A stretch of DNA of 64,000 nucleotides, taken from an uncultured virus (IMG/VR IMGVR_UViG_3300025789_000002). Its lineage: Duplodnaviria > Heunggongvirae > Uroviricota > Caudoviricetes. The position numbers and the translations under genes are program-made. The stretch is taken from the IMG/VR virus record IMGVR_UViG_3300025789_000002; one strand, written 5' to 3'. How positions within the stretch are numbered: the stretch's first letter is position 1; the number at the start of each line of letters is the position of its first letter. Under the pieces are notes generated by a model. It had not been told where the DNA came from, ran no database searches, and worked only from the letters and a program-made list of their open reading frames with translations. This document shows, one piece after another, positions 36,214-43,797 of this stretch.

Positions 36214-36243
36214 GGACAAACTTAGGTAGTGCTAAGAATGTCC
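36214..36243 (+). repeat. 30-bp palindromic element
   Basis: Identical to the copy at 26902. Confidence 0.9.
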
Positions 36244-36268
36244 TTAGGGAAACCCCCTATAAATTAAT

Positions 36269-36297
36269 TTGCTATGTTATTTTTGGTGTGGTATACT
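36269..36297 (+). promoter_or_regulatory. Sigma70 promoter of the replication operon
   Basis: TTGCTA-17bp-(TG)TATACT. Confidence 0.7.
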
Positions 36298-36334
36298 ATG
36301 TCAATAATAATAGTTTCACCGAAAGATAAAACCA

Positions 36335-36652
36335 ATGGCAACCCCTGAGTCTAAAGTAAAAGACGCAGTAGTTAAGATACTTAAAAAGCATAGTATCTAC
36401 TACTTTTTTCCAGCTACGCATGGCTATGGTCGCTCGGGCGTGCCTGATATTATAGCGTGCTTTCGTGGGCAGTTCGTAGCTATCGAATGTAAGGCTGGAA
36501 ACAACAAGCCGACTGCATTACAACAACGAGAACTCAAAAATATTATGACTGCTGGCGGTCATGCCTTTGTAGCGAACGAAGAAAACATTAGCTTTTTTGA
36601 ATCTTATTTTAATCGGTTTGACTTTGGTTTTGATGACGATGACCGATGCTGA
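36335..36652 (+). CDS. VRR-NUC nuclease (Holliday junction resolvase-like)
   Basis: PESKVK...GVPDI...AIECKA...PTALQ. Confidence 0.85.
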   Translation: MATPESKVKDAVVKILKKHSIYYFFPATHGYGRSGVPDIIACFRGQFVAIECKAGNNKPTALQQRELKNIMTAGGHAFVANEENISFFESYFNRFDFGFDDDDRC

Positions 36653-36682
36653 TATCCCACCAGTTACAAGAAAGGAAACGAC

Positions 36683-37186
36683 ATGAATGACGGCGTAGCT
36701 ATGCTAATTGAAAGAATGAAAACAAACCCTGAGGAGTTTACGGAAGGGAAATGGAACGCTTTAATACAATCCCACAAAATGTTTTTAAACCCCGAAGACT
36801 GCAAAGCCCTTGATGATGGCGTCAATACACTAATGCAACAACGCTTTACCGAGAAGGTTATGGAGGAACTTGTTGACCCAAAGTCGAAGGACGGAGTGAC
36901 ACTAAACAACATAAGTCATCCGAACGCTACGATTGGGGCTATACGGACCCAGCCACTCTCTTTAAATACTAATGCAGTAACAGGAACTATAAGCAACGGT
37001 GGAAGCTGGGGTCATAATATGCTAATAAACAAACTTTTCATGGAATTTTATGAAGCTAGATCCGCAAGTTCTATTAGTCTAGAGCATGATGAGCATATGA
37101 AAGCCCATATAGAAGCACTAAAGAGAGAAGTAGAAAAGCAGAAAGAACATAAGACTTTATTCGGAAAGCTATTTAATTACCTATGA
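36683..37186 (+). CDS. Hypothetical protein
   Basis: GAAAGGA RBS; L.ERM.TNPEEF. Confidence 0.65.
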   Translation: MNDGVAMLIERMKTNPEEFTEGKWNALIQSHKMFLNPEDCKALDDGVNTLMQQRFTEKVMEELVDPKSKDGVTLNNISHPNATIGAIRTQPLSLNTNAVTGTISNGGSWGHNMLINKLFMEFYEARSASSISLEHDEHMKAHIEALKREVEKQKEHKTLFGKLFNYL

Positions 37187-39015
37187 ATATCATCACGATA
37201 GACTTTGAAACATATTACAGTCGGGACTTTAGCTTAACGAAGTCAACGACTGAGGAGTATGTTCGTTCGGATTTGTTTGAAGTAATAGGCGTATCAGTAA
37301 AGGAGAACGATAATGACGCTACATGGTTTAGCGGTAGTCACGATGAGGTGGCTGAGTTTTTGCGTGGCTTTGACTGGGCTAATTCTTTTGCTCTTGCCCA
37401 TAATGCTATGTTTGACGGTGCTATTCTCACTTGGCGGTTTGATATTAAACCGATGGCTTGGCTTGACACACTTGCAATGGCTCGTGCAACAGACGGTCTT
37501 GAAGTTGGAAACTCTCTCGCTAAGTTGGTGGAGCGATACTCTTTGGGGAGAAAAGGCACAGAAGTTCTTGACGCCCTCGGTAAACGACGTGCAGATTTTA
37601 GCAAGCAGGAACTTCACGCTTATGCTGGGTATTGCAAGAATGACGTGGAATTAACCTATAAGCTGTTTATGATTCTTGTACAACGCTTTTCTAAATCGGA
37701 ACTACAACTCATTAGCCTCACGATTAAGATGTTTTCTGAACCAACACTTCAGTTAAATACCCCATTGTTAGAGCAACACCTAATGCAAGTGCAGACCAAG
37801 AAGGAGAAGCTATTAGAGGCATGCTTAGCTAATAAAGAAACACTCATGTCTAACATTAAGCTAGCCGAACTACTTATTACTATGGGTGTAGAACCACCTA
37901 TGAAAGAAAGTCCGACAACTGGAAAGGTCACCTATGCGTTTGCCAAAACAGATGAAGAATTCAAAGCCCTTGCAGAACACCCCGACCTCAGAGTCCAAGC
38001 GATTGTTGCCGCAAGACTCGGTACTAAGTCGACTCTTGAAGAAACTCGAACCCAGCGATTTATTAATATCTCGCTTAGAGGTTCTATGCCTGTACCTCTT
38101 CGTTATTATGCTGCTCATACGGGGCGTTGGGGCGGTGATGACAAGCTTAACCTCCAAAACTTACCTCGTAAGTCTAGCCTCAAAGATTCTATTTCTGCCC
38201 CTAAAGGATTTGTTTTAATTGACGCCGACTCCTCACAGATTGAGGCTCGTACTGTAGCATGGCTATCAGGACAAAACGATTTAGTCGATGCGTTTGAAAG
38301 GAAAGAAGATGTATACAAGATCATGGCGTCTGCTATCTACGGCAAGGCGGAAACAGAAATCGACTCGGGCGAAAGGTTCGTGGGGAAGACGACAATCCTT
38401 GGTGCGGGTTATGGTATGGGAAGTACTAAATTTGGAATCCAACTCAAGACTTTTGGCGTGGAAATTGCGGATGAGGAGGCGGCACGCATCATTGCGGTCT
38501 ATCGACAAACCTATCCCCATATCCCTAGACTTTGGAAAGAAGCTAATAATTCCTTGGATGCCATCAGACAGGGCAAGACTACGTCGGTTGGTCACCAGCC
38601 ACAGGCATTATCGGTCACGGCATCAGGTTTCTTATTACCATCAGGACTATATCTAAACTACCCTGACTTACAAGAGGGCGATGACGGCTATACATATAAG
38701 AGTCGTCGTGGTCGCATTAAGATTTATGGCGGTAAGGTAGTAGAGAATATCTGTCAGGCTGTGGCTCGTTGCATTATCGGGGAGCAGATGCTTAGGATAG
38801 CGAAGAAATACAGAGTAGCATTGACCGTACATGATGCGGTGATGGCAGTTGTGAAAGAAGAGGAACAAGAGGAGGCTATGCGCTACATAGATGAGTGCTT
38901 GAAGTGGCGGCCGGAGTGGGCGAAAACCCTTCCTCTTACTTGTGAATTGGGTGTAGGTAAAAGCTATGGTGATTGTGGTATTAAGAAACCTATCGAACAA
39001 TGGGGGTTGAAATGA
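37183..39015 (+). CDS. polA: Family A DNA polymerase with 3'-5' exonuclease
   Basis: DFET and HNAMFD exonuclease motifs; TGRW, NLQN, DSSQIEAR (A), K...LG.GYG (B), VHD (C). Confidence 0.95.
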   Translation: MNIITIDFETYYSRDFSLTKSTTEEYVRSDLFEVIGVSVKENDNDATWFSGSHDEVAEFLRGFDWANSFALAHNAMFDGAILTWRFDIKPMAWLDTLAMARATDGLEVGNSLAKLVERYSLGRKGTEVLDALGKRRADFSKQELHAYAGYCKNDVELTYKLFMILVQRFSKSELQLISLTIKMFSEPTLQLNTPLLEQHLMQVQTKKEKLLEACLANKETLMSNIKLAELLITMGVEPPMKESPTTGKVTYAFAKTDEEFKALAEHPDLRVQAIVAARLGTKSTLEETRTQRFINISLRGSMPVPLRYYAAHTGRWGGDDKLNLQNLPRKSSLKDSISAPKGFVLIDADSSQIEARTVAWLSGQNDLVDAFERKEDVYKIMASAIYGKAETEIDSGERFVGKTTILGAGYGMGSTKFGIQLKTFGVEIADEEAARIIAVYRQTYPHIPRLWKEANNSLDAIRQGKTTSVGHQPQALSVTASGFLLPSGLYLNYPDLQEGDDGYTYKSRRGRIKIYGGKVVENICQAVARCIIGEQMLRIAKKYRVALTVHDAVMAVVKEEEQEEAMRYIDECLKWRPEWAKTLPLTCELGVGKSYGDCGIKKPIEQWGLK

Positions 39016-39299
39016 ATAATGAACTACCAGCAGAACAATTAGCTCAATGGTGCGATGAAGCATCACAGGAATATGGTAATAAACCACTTGTGCAAGCAGC
39101 CACCATGCTACGCCAGCAACAAGCTGAAATAGAGGCGTTGAAATATGAAAAGTCTAGCGGTGTTTATGATTTAGAAAAGACACTAACAGATGAGGAAATA
39201 ATGGATGCCTATGTAGAGCATTGTAAAACTGAAGCTAGTGGCAAAGGAAATTTAATTGATTTTGCTAGAGCAATACTAAGAAAGGCACAAGAAAAATAA
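39012..39299 (+). CDS. Modular mini-protein (modules B, C, D)
   Basis: ATMLRQQQAEIEALK, KTLTDEEI, FARAILRKAQEK. Confidence 0.75.
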   Translation: MNNELPAEQLAQWCDEASQEYGNKPLVQAATMLRQQQAEIEALKYEKSSGVYDLEKTLTDEEIMDAYVEHCKTEASGKGNLIDFARAILRKAQEK

Positions 39300-39403
39300 T
39301 GGACTATGCACTAGGGTTTTTAGCTGGAATGTATTTCACTATTTTGTGTATTTGGACACAGTTAGTTGTTAGAGAAAACAAAAGAAAGGCACAAGAGAAA
39401 TGA
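39299..39403 (+). CDS. 34-aa TM peptide ending in partial module D
   Basis: MDYALGFLAGMYFTILCIWTQLVVRENKRKAQEK, read by hand. Confidence 0.6.
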   Translation: MDYALGFLAGMYFTILCIWTQLVVRENKRKAQEK

Positions 39404-39576
39404 ACGCTAAAGAAATTGAATTGAAATTGACTTGTCAAATAGTTACCTATAACCAACAAGAAATACTAAAGTTGCGTGAAAAATTATATGAAGCCTTTGA
39501 AAACTGCACCCATAACATAGTTGATAGGGAAGGCTTAGTAGGTAATCTACAACTTGAACTGTCTGGCGAACACTAA
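39400..39576 (+). CDS. 58-aa mini-protein (module A variant)
   Basis: MNAKEIELK...; module D remnant follows out of frame. Confidence 0.55.
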   Translation: MNAKEIELKLTCQIVTYNQQEILKLREKLYEAFENCTHNIVDREGLVGNLQLELSGEH

Positions 39577-39592
39577 GAAAGGCTAATGAGAA

Positions 39593-39826
39593 ATGAACAA
39601 TGAACCAGTAGCGTGGATGCACAAAACCGCAACAAGCTGGGTTAGCACTTTTATTCATCCTGAAACTGAACCTGATGAATGGATTCCACTCTACACCCAT
39701 CCAGCAAAGACACTAACAGATGAGGAAATAGTAGAAGTCTTTGACAATACTTTTAAGGTGCGTGATTTTGAAGATTACTTTTTAAAGTTTGCTAGAGCAA
39801 TATTAAGAAAGGCACAAGAGAAATGA
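39593..39826 (+). CDS. Modular mini-protein (EPVAW, PLYTHP, C, D)
   Basis: ORF track. Confidence 0.75.
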   Translation: MNNEPVAWMHKTATSWVSTFIHPETEPDEWIPLYTHPAKTLTDEEIVEVFDNTFKVRDFEDYFLKFARAILRKAQEK

Positions 39827-40101
39827 ACGCAAATGAACTAGCTGATGATTTAGATTACGCTTGTACCATATCTGAACCAAGAATCACAATGATGGGTCGT
39901 ATGCACATGGCAGCCACCATGCTACGCCAGCAACAAGCTGAAATAGAGGCGTTGAAAAACGGTTTTAATACAACTTGGGCAGGAACTAGTAATTCTGAAA
40001 TGGCAGAAGTAAGAGCAAGGGCTAATGTTGATGGTCATTCATCTATGGAACAGTTGAAATGGTTTGCTAGAGCAATACTAAGAAAGGCACATGGGAAATG
40101 A
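39823..40101 (+). CDS. Modular mini-protein (A, B, D)
   Basis: ORF track. Confidence 0.75.
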   Translation: MNANELADDLDYACTISEPRITMMGRMHMAATMLRQQQAEIEALKNGFNTTWAGTSNSEMAEVRARANVDGHSSMEQLKWFARAILRKAHGK

Positions 40102-40253
40102 TGGACTCAAAACAAGTAATAGAAGAACTAACTAAAAAATTAAACAAACAATTAGCAAAAATGCCTAACGATAAAGCAAGACAAAGGGCATTAGATGATT
40201 TAAGCAACCGAATGTTTTGCGGAAAGGTAAAGAAAAAAGATGAACGCAAATGA
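40098..40253 (+). CDS. 51-aa peptide within the modular array
   Basis: MMDSKQVIEELTKK..., read by hand; coupled start. Confidence 0.5.
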   Translation: MMDSKQVIEELTKKLNKQLAKMPNDKARQRALDDLSNRMFCGKVKKKDERK

Positions 40254-40518
40254 ACTAGCTAATTTATTGGAAGTAGATAGTTGGTATAAGCTAGTAACTA
40301 GAGAAGAAATAGCCACTATGCTACGACAGCAACAAGCTGAAATAGAAGCGTTGAAAAAGGAAGCCGCACTACAAAGGCTATCTGACTTCACGCAAGAAGC
40401 TACAAAGACACTAACAGATGAGGAAATAGAAAAAGTGGCACAGGCTTTAATTGATGACTGCTCCTACTGTTCTTTGCATTTTGCTAGAGCAATACTAAAA
40501 AAGGCACAAAAAAAATGA
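40240..40518 (+). CDS. Modular mini-protein (A, B, C, D)
   Basis: ORF track. Confidence 0.75.
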   Translation: MNANELANLLEVDSWYKLVTREEIATMLRQQQAEIEALKKEAALQRLSDFTQEATKTLTDEEIEKVAQALIDDCSYCSLHFARAILKKAQKK

Positions 40519-40706
40519 TTGATTCTATTATGGCAGTAGTAATAGGATTCTTTGCTGGACTATGTATTCCAAAGCGTAGTAGCTGGGATGAGCAACGCAA
40601 AATATATGAGGCTAGGTTACAAGAGCAAGCGAATACTATTGAATACTATAAAAGATTAACCAAGACTTTAGTTGAAGAGAACACAGAACTTAGGAGAGAG
40701 CAATGA
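40515..40706 (+). CDS. Small TM/coiled-coil protein
   Basis: ATGA-coupled start. Confidence 0.6.
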   Translation: MIDSIMAVVIGFFAGLCIPKRSSWDEQRKIYEARLQEQANTIEYYKRLTKTLVEENTELRREQ

Positions 40707-40882
40707 GAGATGGCGGCAAGGGCGATAGACCAAGACCTTTAGGCGTAGACATGGAACAGTTTGATAAAAGCTGGGACTCTATCTTTGGTAAGAAGGAAGA
40801 AAAGAAACCTGAGATAGAACTAGACTTAGAAGTCGATAATGATTCACAAGAAGTAACTATTAAGAAAACGTGGGAGTTCTAA
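40703..40882 (+). CDS. 59-aa conserved phage peptide
   Basis: MRDGGKGDRPRP...FDKSWDSIFGKK, read by hand. Confidence 0.6.
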   Translation: MRDGGKGDRPRPLGVDMEQFDKSWDSIFGKKEEKKPEIELDLEVDNDSQEVTIKKTWEF

Positions 40883-41100
40883 TGGGTATTACAGTACAAA
40901 TCATTAAGGAAAATAAAGATGGATCAGCCAATGCTCAAGTTAGGTTTGACAAAGAAGGGCTCGAAACGCTCGTGCAATGGGGGCTTGTTGCTATGCTTAC
41001 CAAAGCAGTTGATGCATACAGAGTTAGACCTGAGGAAGATGAGGAAGTTGTGGTTGCCCCTGTTAAAAAACCAAAAAAGAAAGTAGTTAAATCTAAATGA
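40882..41100 (+). CDS. Hypothetical protein
   Basis: ENKDGSA motif; coupled start. Confidence 0.6.
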   Translation: MGITVQIIKENKDGSANAQVRFDKEGLETLVQWGLVAMLTKAVDAYRVRPEEDEEVVVAPVKKPKKKVVKSK

Positions 41101-41768
41101 ACTTTACTTGGTCATACTCATCACTTGGTTTATTCCAACAATGCCCTAGGAAATACTACCATCTAAGGGTAATCAAGGATATACAAGAGCCTCCTACTGA
41201 AGCGATACTCTTTGGTAAGGAAGTGCATCAAGCTGCGGAGGATTACATAGGTAAGGGGACACCAATCCCTGCGAAATATAAGTTTATCGAACCAGTTCTC
41301 CAACTGCTTGAAAAGATGCCCGGAGAAAAGCTAGTGGAGTACAAGATGGGCTTGACTAAAAGTTTAGAGGCATGTGATTTCTTCTCTAAAGAAGTTTGGT
41401 TCAGAGGTGTAGCAGACTTAATTATTATTGATGGGGATGTAGCTAGTGTTGTCGACTACAAAACAGGTAAGTCTAGTCAGTACGCCGACACTAAACAGTT
41501 AGAGTTAATGGCATTGGCTGTGTTTAAGCACTTCCCGCAAGTAACTAAAGTAAAAGCAGGACTAGCATTTGTAGTGTGTGAGGATTTTGTTAAGGCTAAG
41601 TACAGCGTAGATGATGCGTCATTGTTTTGGTTACGCTGGATTGAAGAGACTAGCCGATTAGAAAATGCTTATAAGAATGATGTATGGAACCCTAAACAGA
41701 ACTTTACATGTAAGAACTACTGCAAGGTATTAACTTGTGAACATAACGGAAAAGGGCAATACAGATGA
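41097..41768 (+). CDS. PD-(D/E)XK (Cas4/RecB-like) exonuclease
   Basis: WSYS...CPR.Y, G..VH, RG.AD, DYKTGK, QL.L.A, terminal CxxC...C. Confidence 0.85.
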   Translation: MNFTWSYSSLGLFQQCPRKYYHLRVIKDIQEPPTEAILFGKEVHQAAEDYIGKGTPIPAKYKFIEPVLQLLEKMPGEKLVEYKMGLTKSLEACDFFSKEVWFRGVADLIIIDGDVASVVDYKTGKSSQYADTKQLELMALAVFKHFPQVTKVKAGLAFVVCEDFVKAKYSVDDASLFWLRWIEETSRLENAYKNDVWNPKQNFTCKNYCKVLTCEHNGKGQYR

Positions 41769-41977
41769 GTGATGACAAACTAACCAAAGAACAATGTGAT
41801 GCGGGGCTAACTATTGAAGGACAGTTAAATGAACGCTTTGATGAACTGTTTAGGCAAACATGGAACGCTAGAATTAAACCGTTTGTATTACAAATGATTA
41901 ACGAAAAGATTGCAGAAGAAGCTATGAAGCTAGGTAAACAATTGGGTGAAATACATAGTAAACGAGGCAACCTATGA
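41765..41977 (+). CDS. Hypothetical protein
   Basis: Coupled ORF. Confidence 0.55.
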   Translation: MSDDKLTKEQCDAGLTIEGQLNERFDELFRQTWNARIKPFVLQMINEKIAEEAMKLGKQLGEIHSKRGNL

Positions 41978-42189
41978 ACGACAATGATTTTAGAGATGCT
42001 TGTAGTATTTTAGTGTTGCCTGCTTTGATACAGGCTTATGCAATTATGGGCGTTAAGCTAAATGTAGAAGAGTTATGTGATGGCGCACTTCAATATGCAG
42101 TAAAGCTGGCAGAATTAAAAAACCAAGAACCGAAAGAAGAAGTTGGTATTGTTGCAGCTAAACCTAAGAGGAGAACTAAGAGTGAGTAA
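41974..42189 (+). CDS. Hypothetical protein
   Basis: Coupled ORF. Confidence 0.55.
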   Translation: MNDNDFRDACSILVLPALIQAYAIMGVKLNVEELCDGALQYAVKLAELKNQEPKEEVGIVAAKPKRRTKSE

Positions 42190-42334
42190 GATAATTATAT
42201 TTTGGTTTGTTGTTTTGGCGCTAATGCTTTTTACCGTGGTATCTTATGCATGTACCGTTCAAGTATTTGTTATTGATGGAAGACATGTAACCTGCACAAT
42301 ATGCCCCGAAACAAACACAACCGTTTGCAATTAG
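42182..42334 (+). CDS. Small secreted Cys-rich peptide
   Basis: Signal peptide ending SYA|C; CT...TCTIC...TVCN. Confidence 0.55.
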   Translation: MSKIIIFWFVVLALMLFTVVSYACTVQVFVIDGRHVTCTICPETNTTVCN

Positions 42335-42567
42335 TCGAGATAGTAGACGAAGCTTTAAAACATTTACCTATAACCATACCTAAGTTTTCTAACCTAAAGA
42401 GTTTTTCTAATGTACCTGATATACGACGAGAACAAAGAATTGATGCGAACGGTCTCAAGACAAGAAGAAGCACGGGTAATAGTAAATGGGAGAGCTGGGT
42501 GGATATTCAAGCTGGTAAGAACGAAACGCAAAGTAATTGATTTATCACTGTTTGAGGAGGCTTTAAT

Positions 42568-42918
42568 ATGAGCGTTGGAGATGTGAATAGTAGCGACAAG
42601 GGGTCAGGCGCACGATATAACGATGACAAGGCCGACTTTAGTTTAATCCCCCTGTGTACGCTAGAAGATGAGGCTAGAGTATGGTCTTACGGTGAGAAAA
42701 AATATGCTGCATGGAATTGGGCAAAAGGTATGCCTTGGTCTGTTCCCTATGCTTGTGCAATGCGACACTTAGCTGCTTGGCAAAAAGGGGAAGATATAGA
42801 CCCTGAGTCAGGACAAACCCACCTAGCCCATGTGATGTGCAATATTAGAATGTTGATGCTGTACTCTAAAACGTATCCCGAAGGCGACAACCGCCCTCCT
42901 AAAGAATTGATGCCATGA
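42568..42918 (+). CDS. dATP/dGTP diphosphohydrolase (DUF5664)
   Basis: K...SLIP...YG.KKY..WNW.KG...RHL..W..GED.DPESG..HLAH..CN. Confidence 0.85.
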   Translation: MSVGDVNSSDKGSGARYNDDKADFSLIPLCTLEDEARVWSYGEKKYAAWNWAKGMPWSVPYACAMRHLAAWQKGEDIDPESGQTHLAHVMCNIRMLMLYSKTYPEGDNRPPKELMP

Positions 42919-43033
42919 GTTTTACTATCTATCAAGCTGATGGCATGAAAGTTATTCAATGGTTCTTTAATATAGATGACCTTATTAAAGCTATGCTTAA
43001 TAACCCAAAAGATTCTTACCATAGGAACTCATA

Positions 43034-43360
43034 ATGAGCGAAATTAAAATCACCCAATATAATCCTGATTGGTATCCACCTTGTTTTGCTAGCCAACAAC
43101 AACACAAAGAGTATATGTTTGCCGTAGTACAAACAGGTAGGCCTATGGATCCAAATAATTATTGTATGGACTGTACTAGAGGGTATAAAGTTAAGATGCT
43201 GCGAGAAAAGAAATGCGAACATCCTGAGACTATTTTTGTAACTTGGCGAACTACTTATAAGCAACCCACGGCTGAAGGTAGAGTAGTGTCTACAACCGAA
43301 ACAGATATGATCGGTATCTCTGATATTAGCAAGTTTTGGAACAGCCCTTTATATGATTGA
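43034..43360 (+). CDS. Cys-containing hypothetical protein
   Basis: PPCF...YCMDCT..Y...M....C.HP. Confidence 0.65.
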   Translation: MSEIKITQYNPDWYPPCFASQQQHKEYMFAVVQTGRPMDPNNYCMDCTRGYKVKMLREKKCEHPETIFVTWRTTYKQPTAEGRVVSTTETDMIGISDISKFWNSPLYD

Positions 43361-43658
43361 TAACCACGAACCAATACCATTTGCAGGCTTAATAGACCTT
43401 GAATTAGAAGACTTTATTAGGGAAACCTATGGCGAAGATCTGCAAAATATGCCAAAATATGTGGTATTAGGGGATGGCGCTGTGTACATCTACCATAAAG
43501 AAGGGAACCAATATGCCATATGTCAACAAGCCTCGTCCATACAAGAAGGAATACCAACAGCAGAAGGAGCGTGGGGAACAACCAGCTCGGAATGCTCGGG
43601 AACGAGCACGCTATGCGATGGACAAGAAGGGTGTGGACAGGAAGGGCAAGGATATTGA
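43353..43658 (+). CDS. Hypothetical protein (C-terminus overlaps HNH gene)
   Basis: ORF track. Confidence 0.4.
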   Translation: MIDNHEPIPFAGLIDLELEDFIRETYGEDLQNMPKYVVLGDGAVYIYHKEGNQYAICQQASSIQEGIPTAEGAWGTTSSECSGTSTLCDGQEGCGQEGQGY

Positions 43659-43797
43659 CCATGTTATCCCTCTTTCAAAAGGCGGAACAAACGCCCCCTC
43701 AAATCTTAAAGTTAAATCCGCTAGTGCTAACCGCTCATTTAGCCGAAACTCAGACCACACCATTAAGAAAAACCGACCGAAAAATGGAAAAGCCTGA
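43513..43797 (+). CDS. Small HNH nuclease
   Basis: DIDHVIPLSKGGTN...NL......NR. Confidence 0.8.
   Translation: MPYVNKPRPYKKEYQQQKERGEQPARNARERARYAMDKKGVDRKGKDIDHVIPLSKGGTNAPSNLKVKSASANRSFSRNSDHTIKKNRPKNGKA

Noticed and set aside
26259..36243. 30-bp palindromic repeats as a CRISPR array
   Set aside because: Copies are 0.6-3 kb apart and separated by genes, not by 30-40 bp spacers; no cas operon is present
39012..40518. Modular array as CRISPR, DGR or TIGR-type guide array
   Set aside because: The repeats are in-frame coding modules of four kinds with synonymous variation; there is no reverse transcriptase, adenine-specific TR/VR pair, Nop-domain protein or fixed period
41097..41768. Cas4 as evidence of a CRISPR system
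   Set aside because: A stand-alone PD-(D/E)XK exonuclease in a replication module is ordinary in phages
43520..43783. N-terminal 88 aa of the 548-aa helicase ORF
   Set aside because: Overlaps the HNH gene in another frame; the helicase more plausibly starts at 43784
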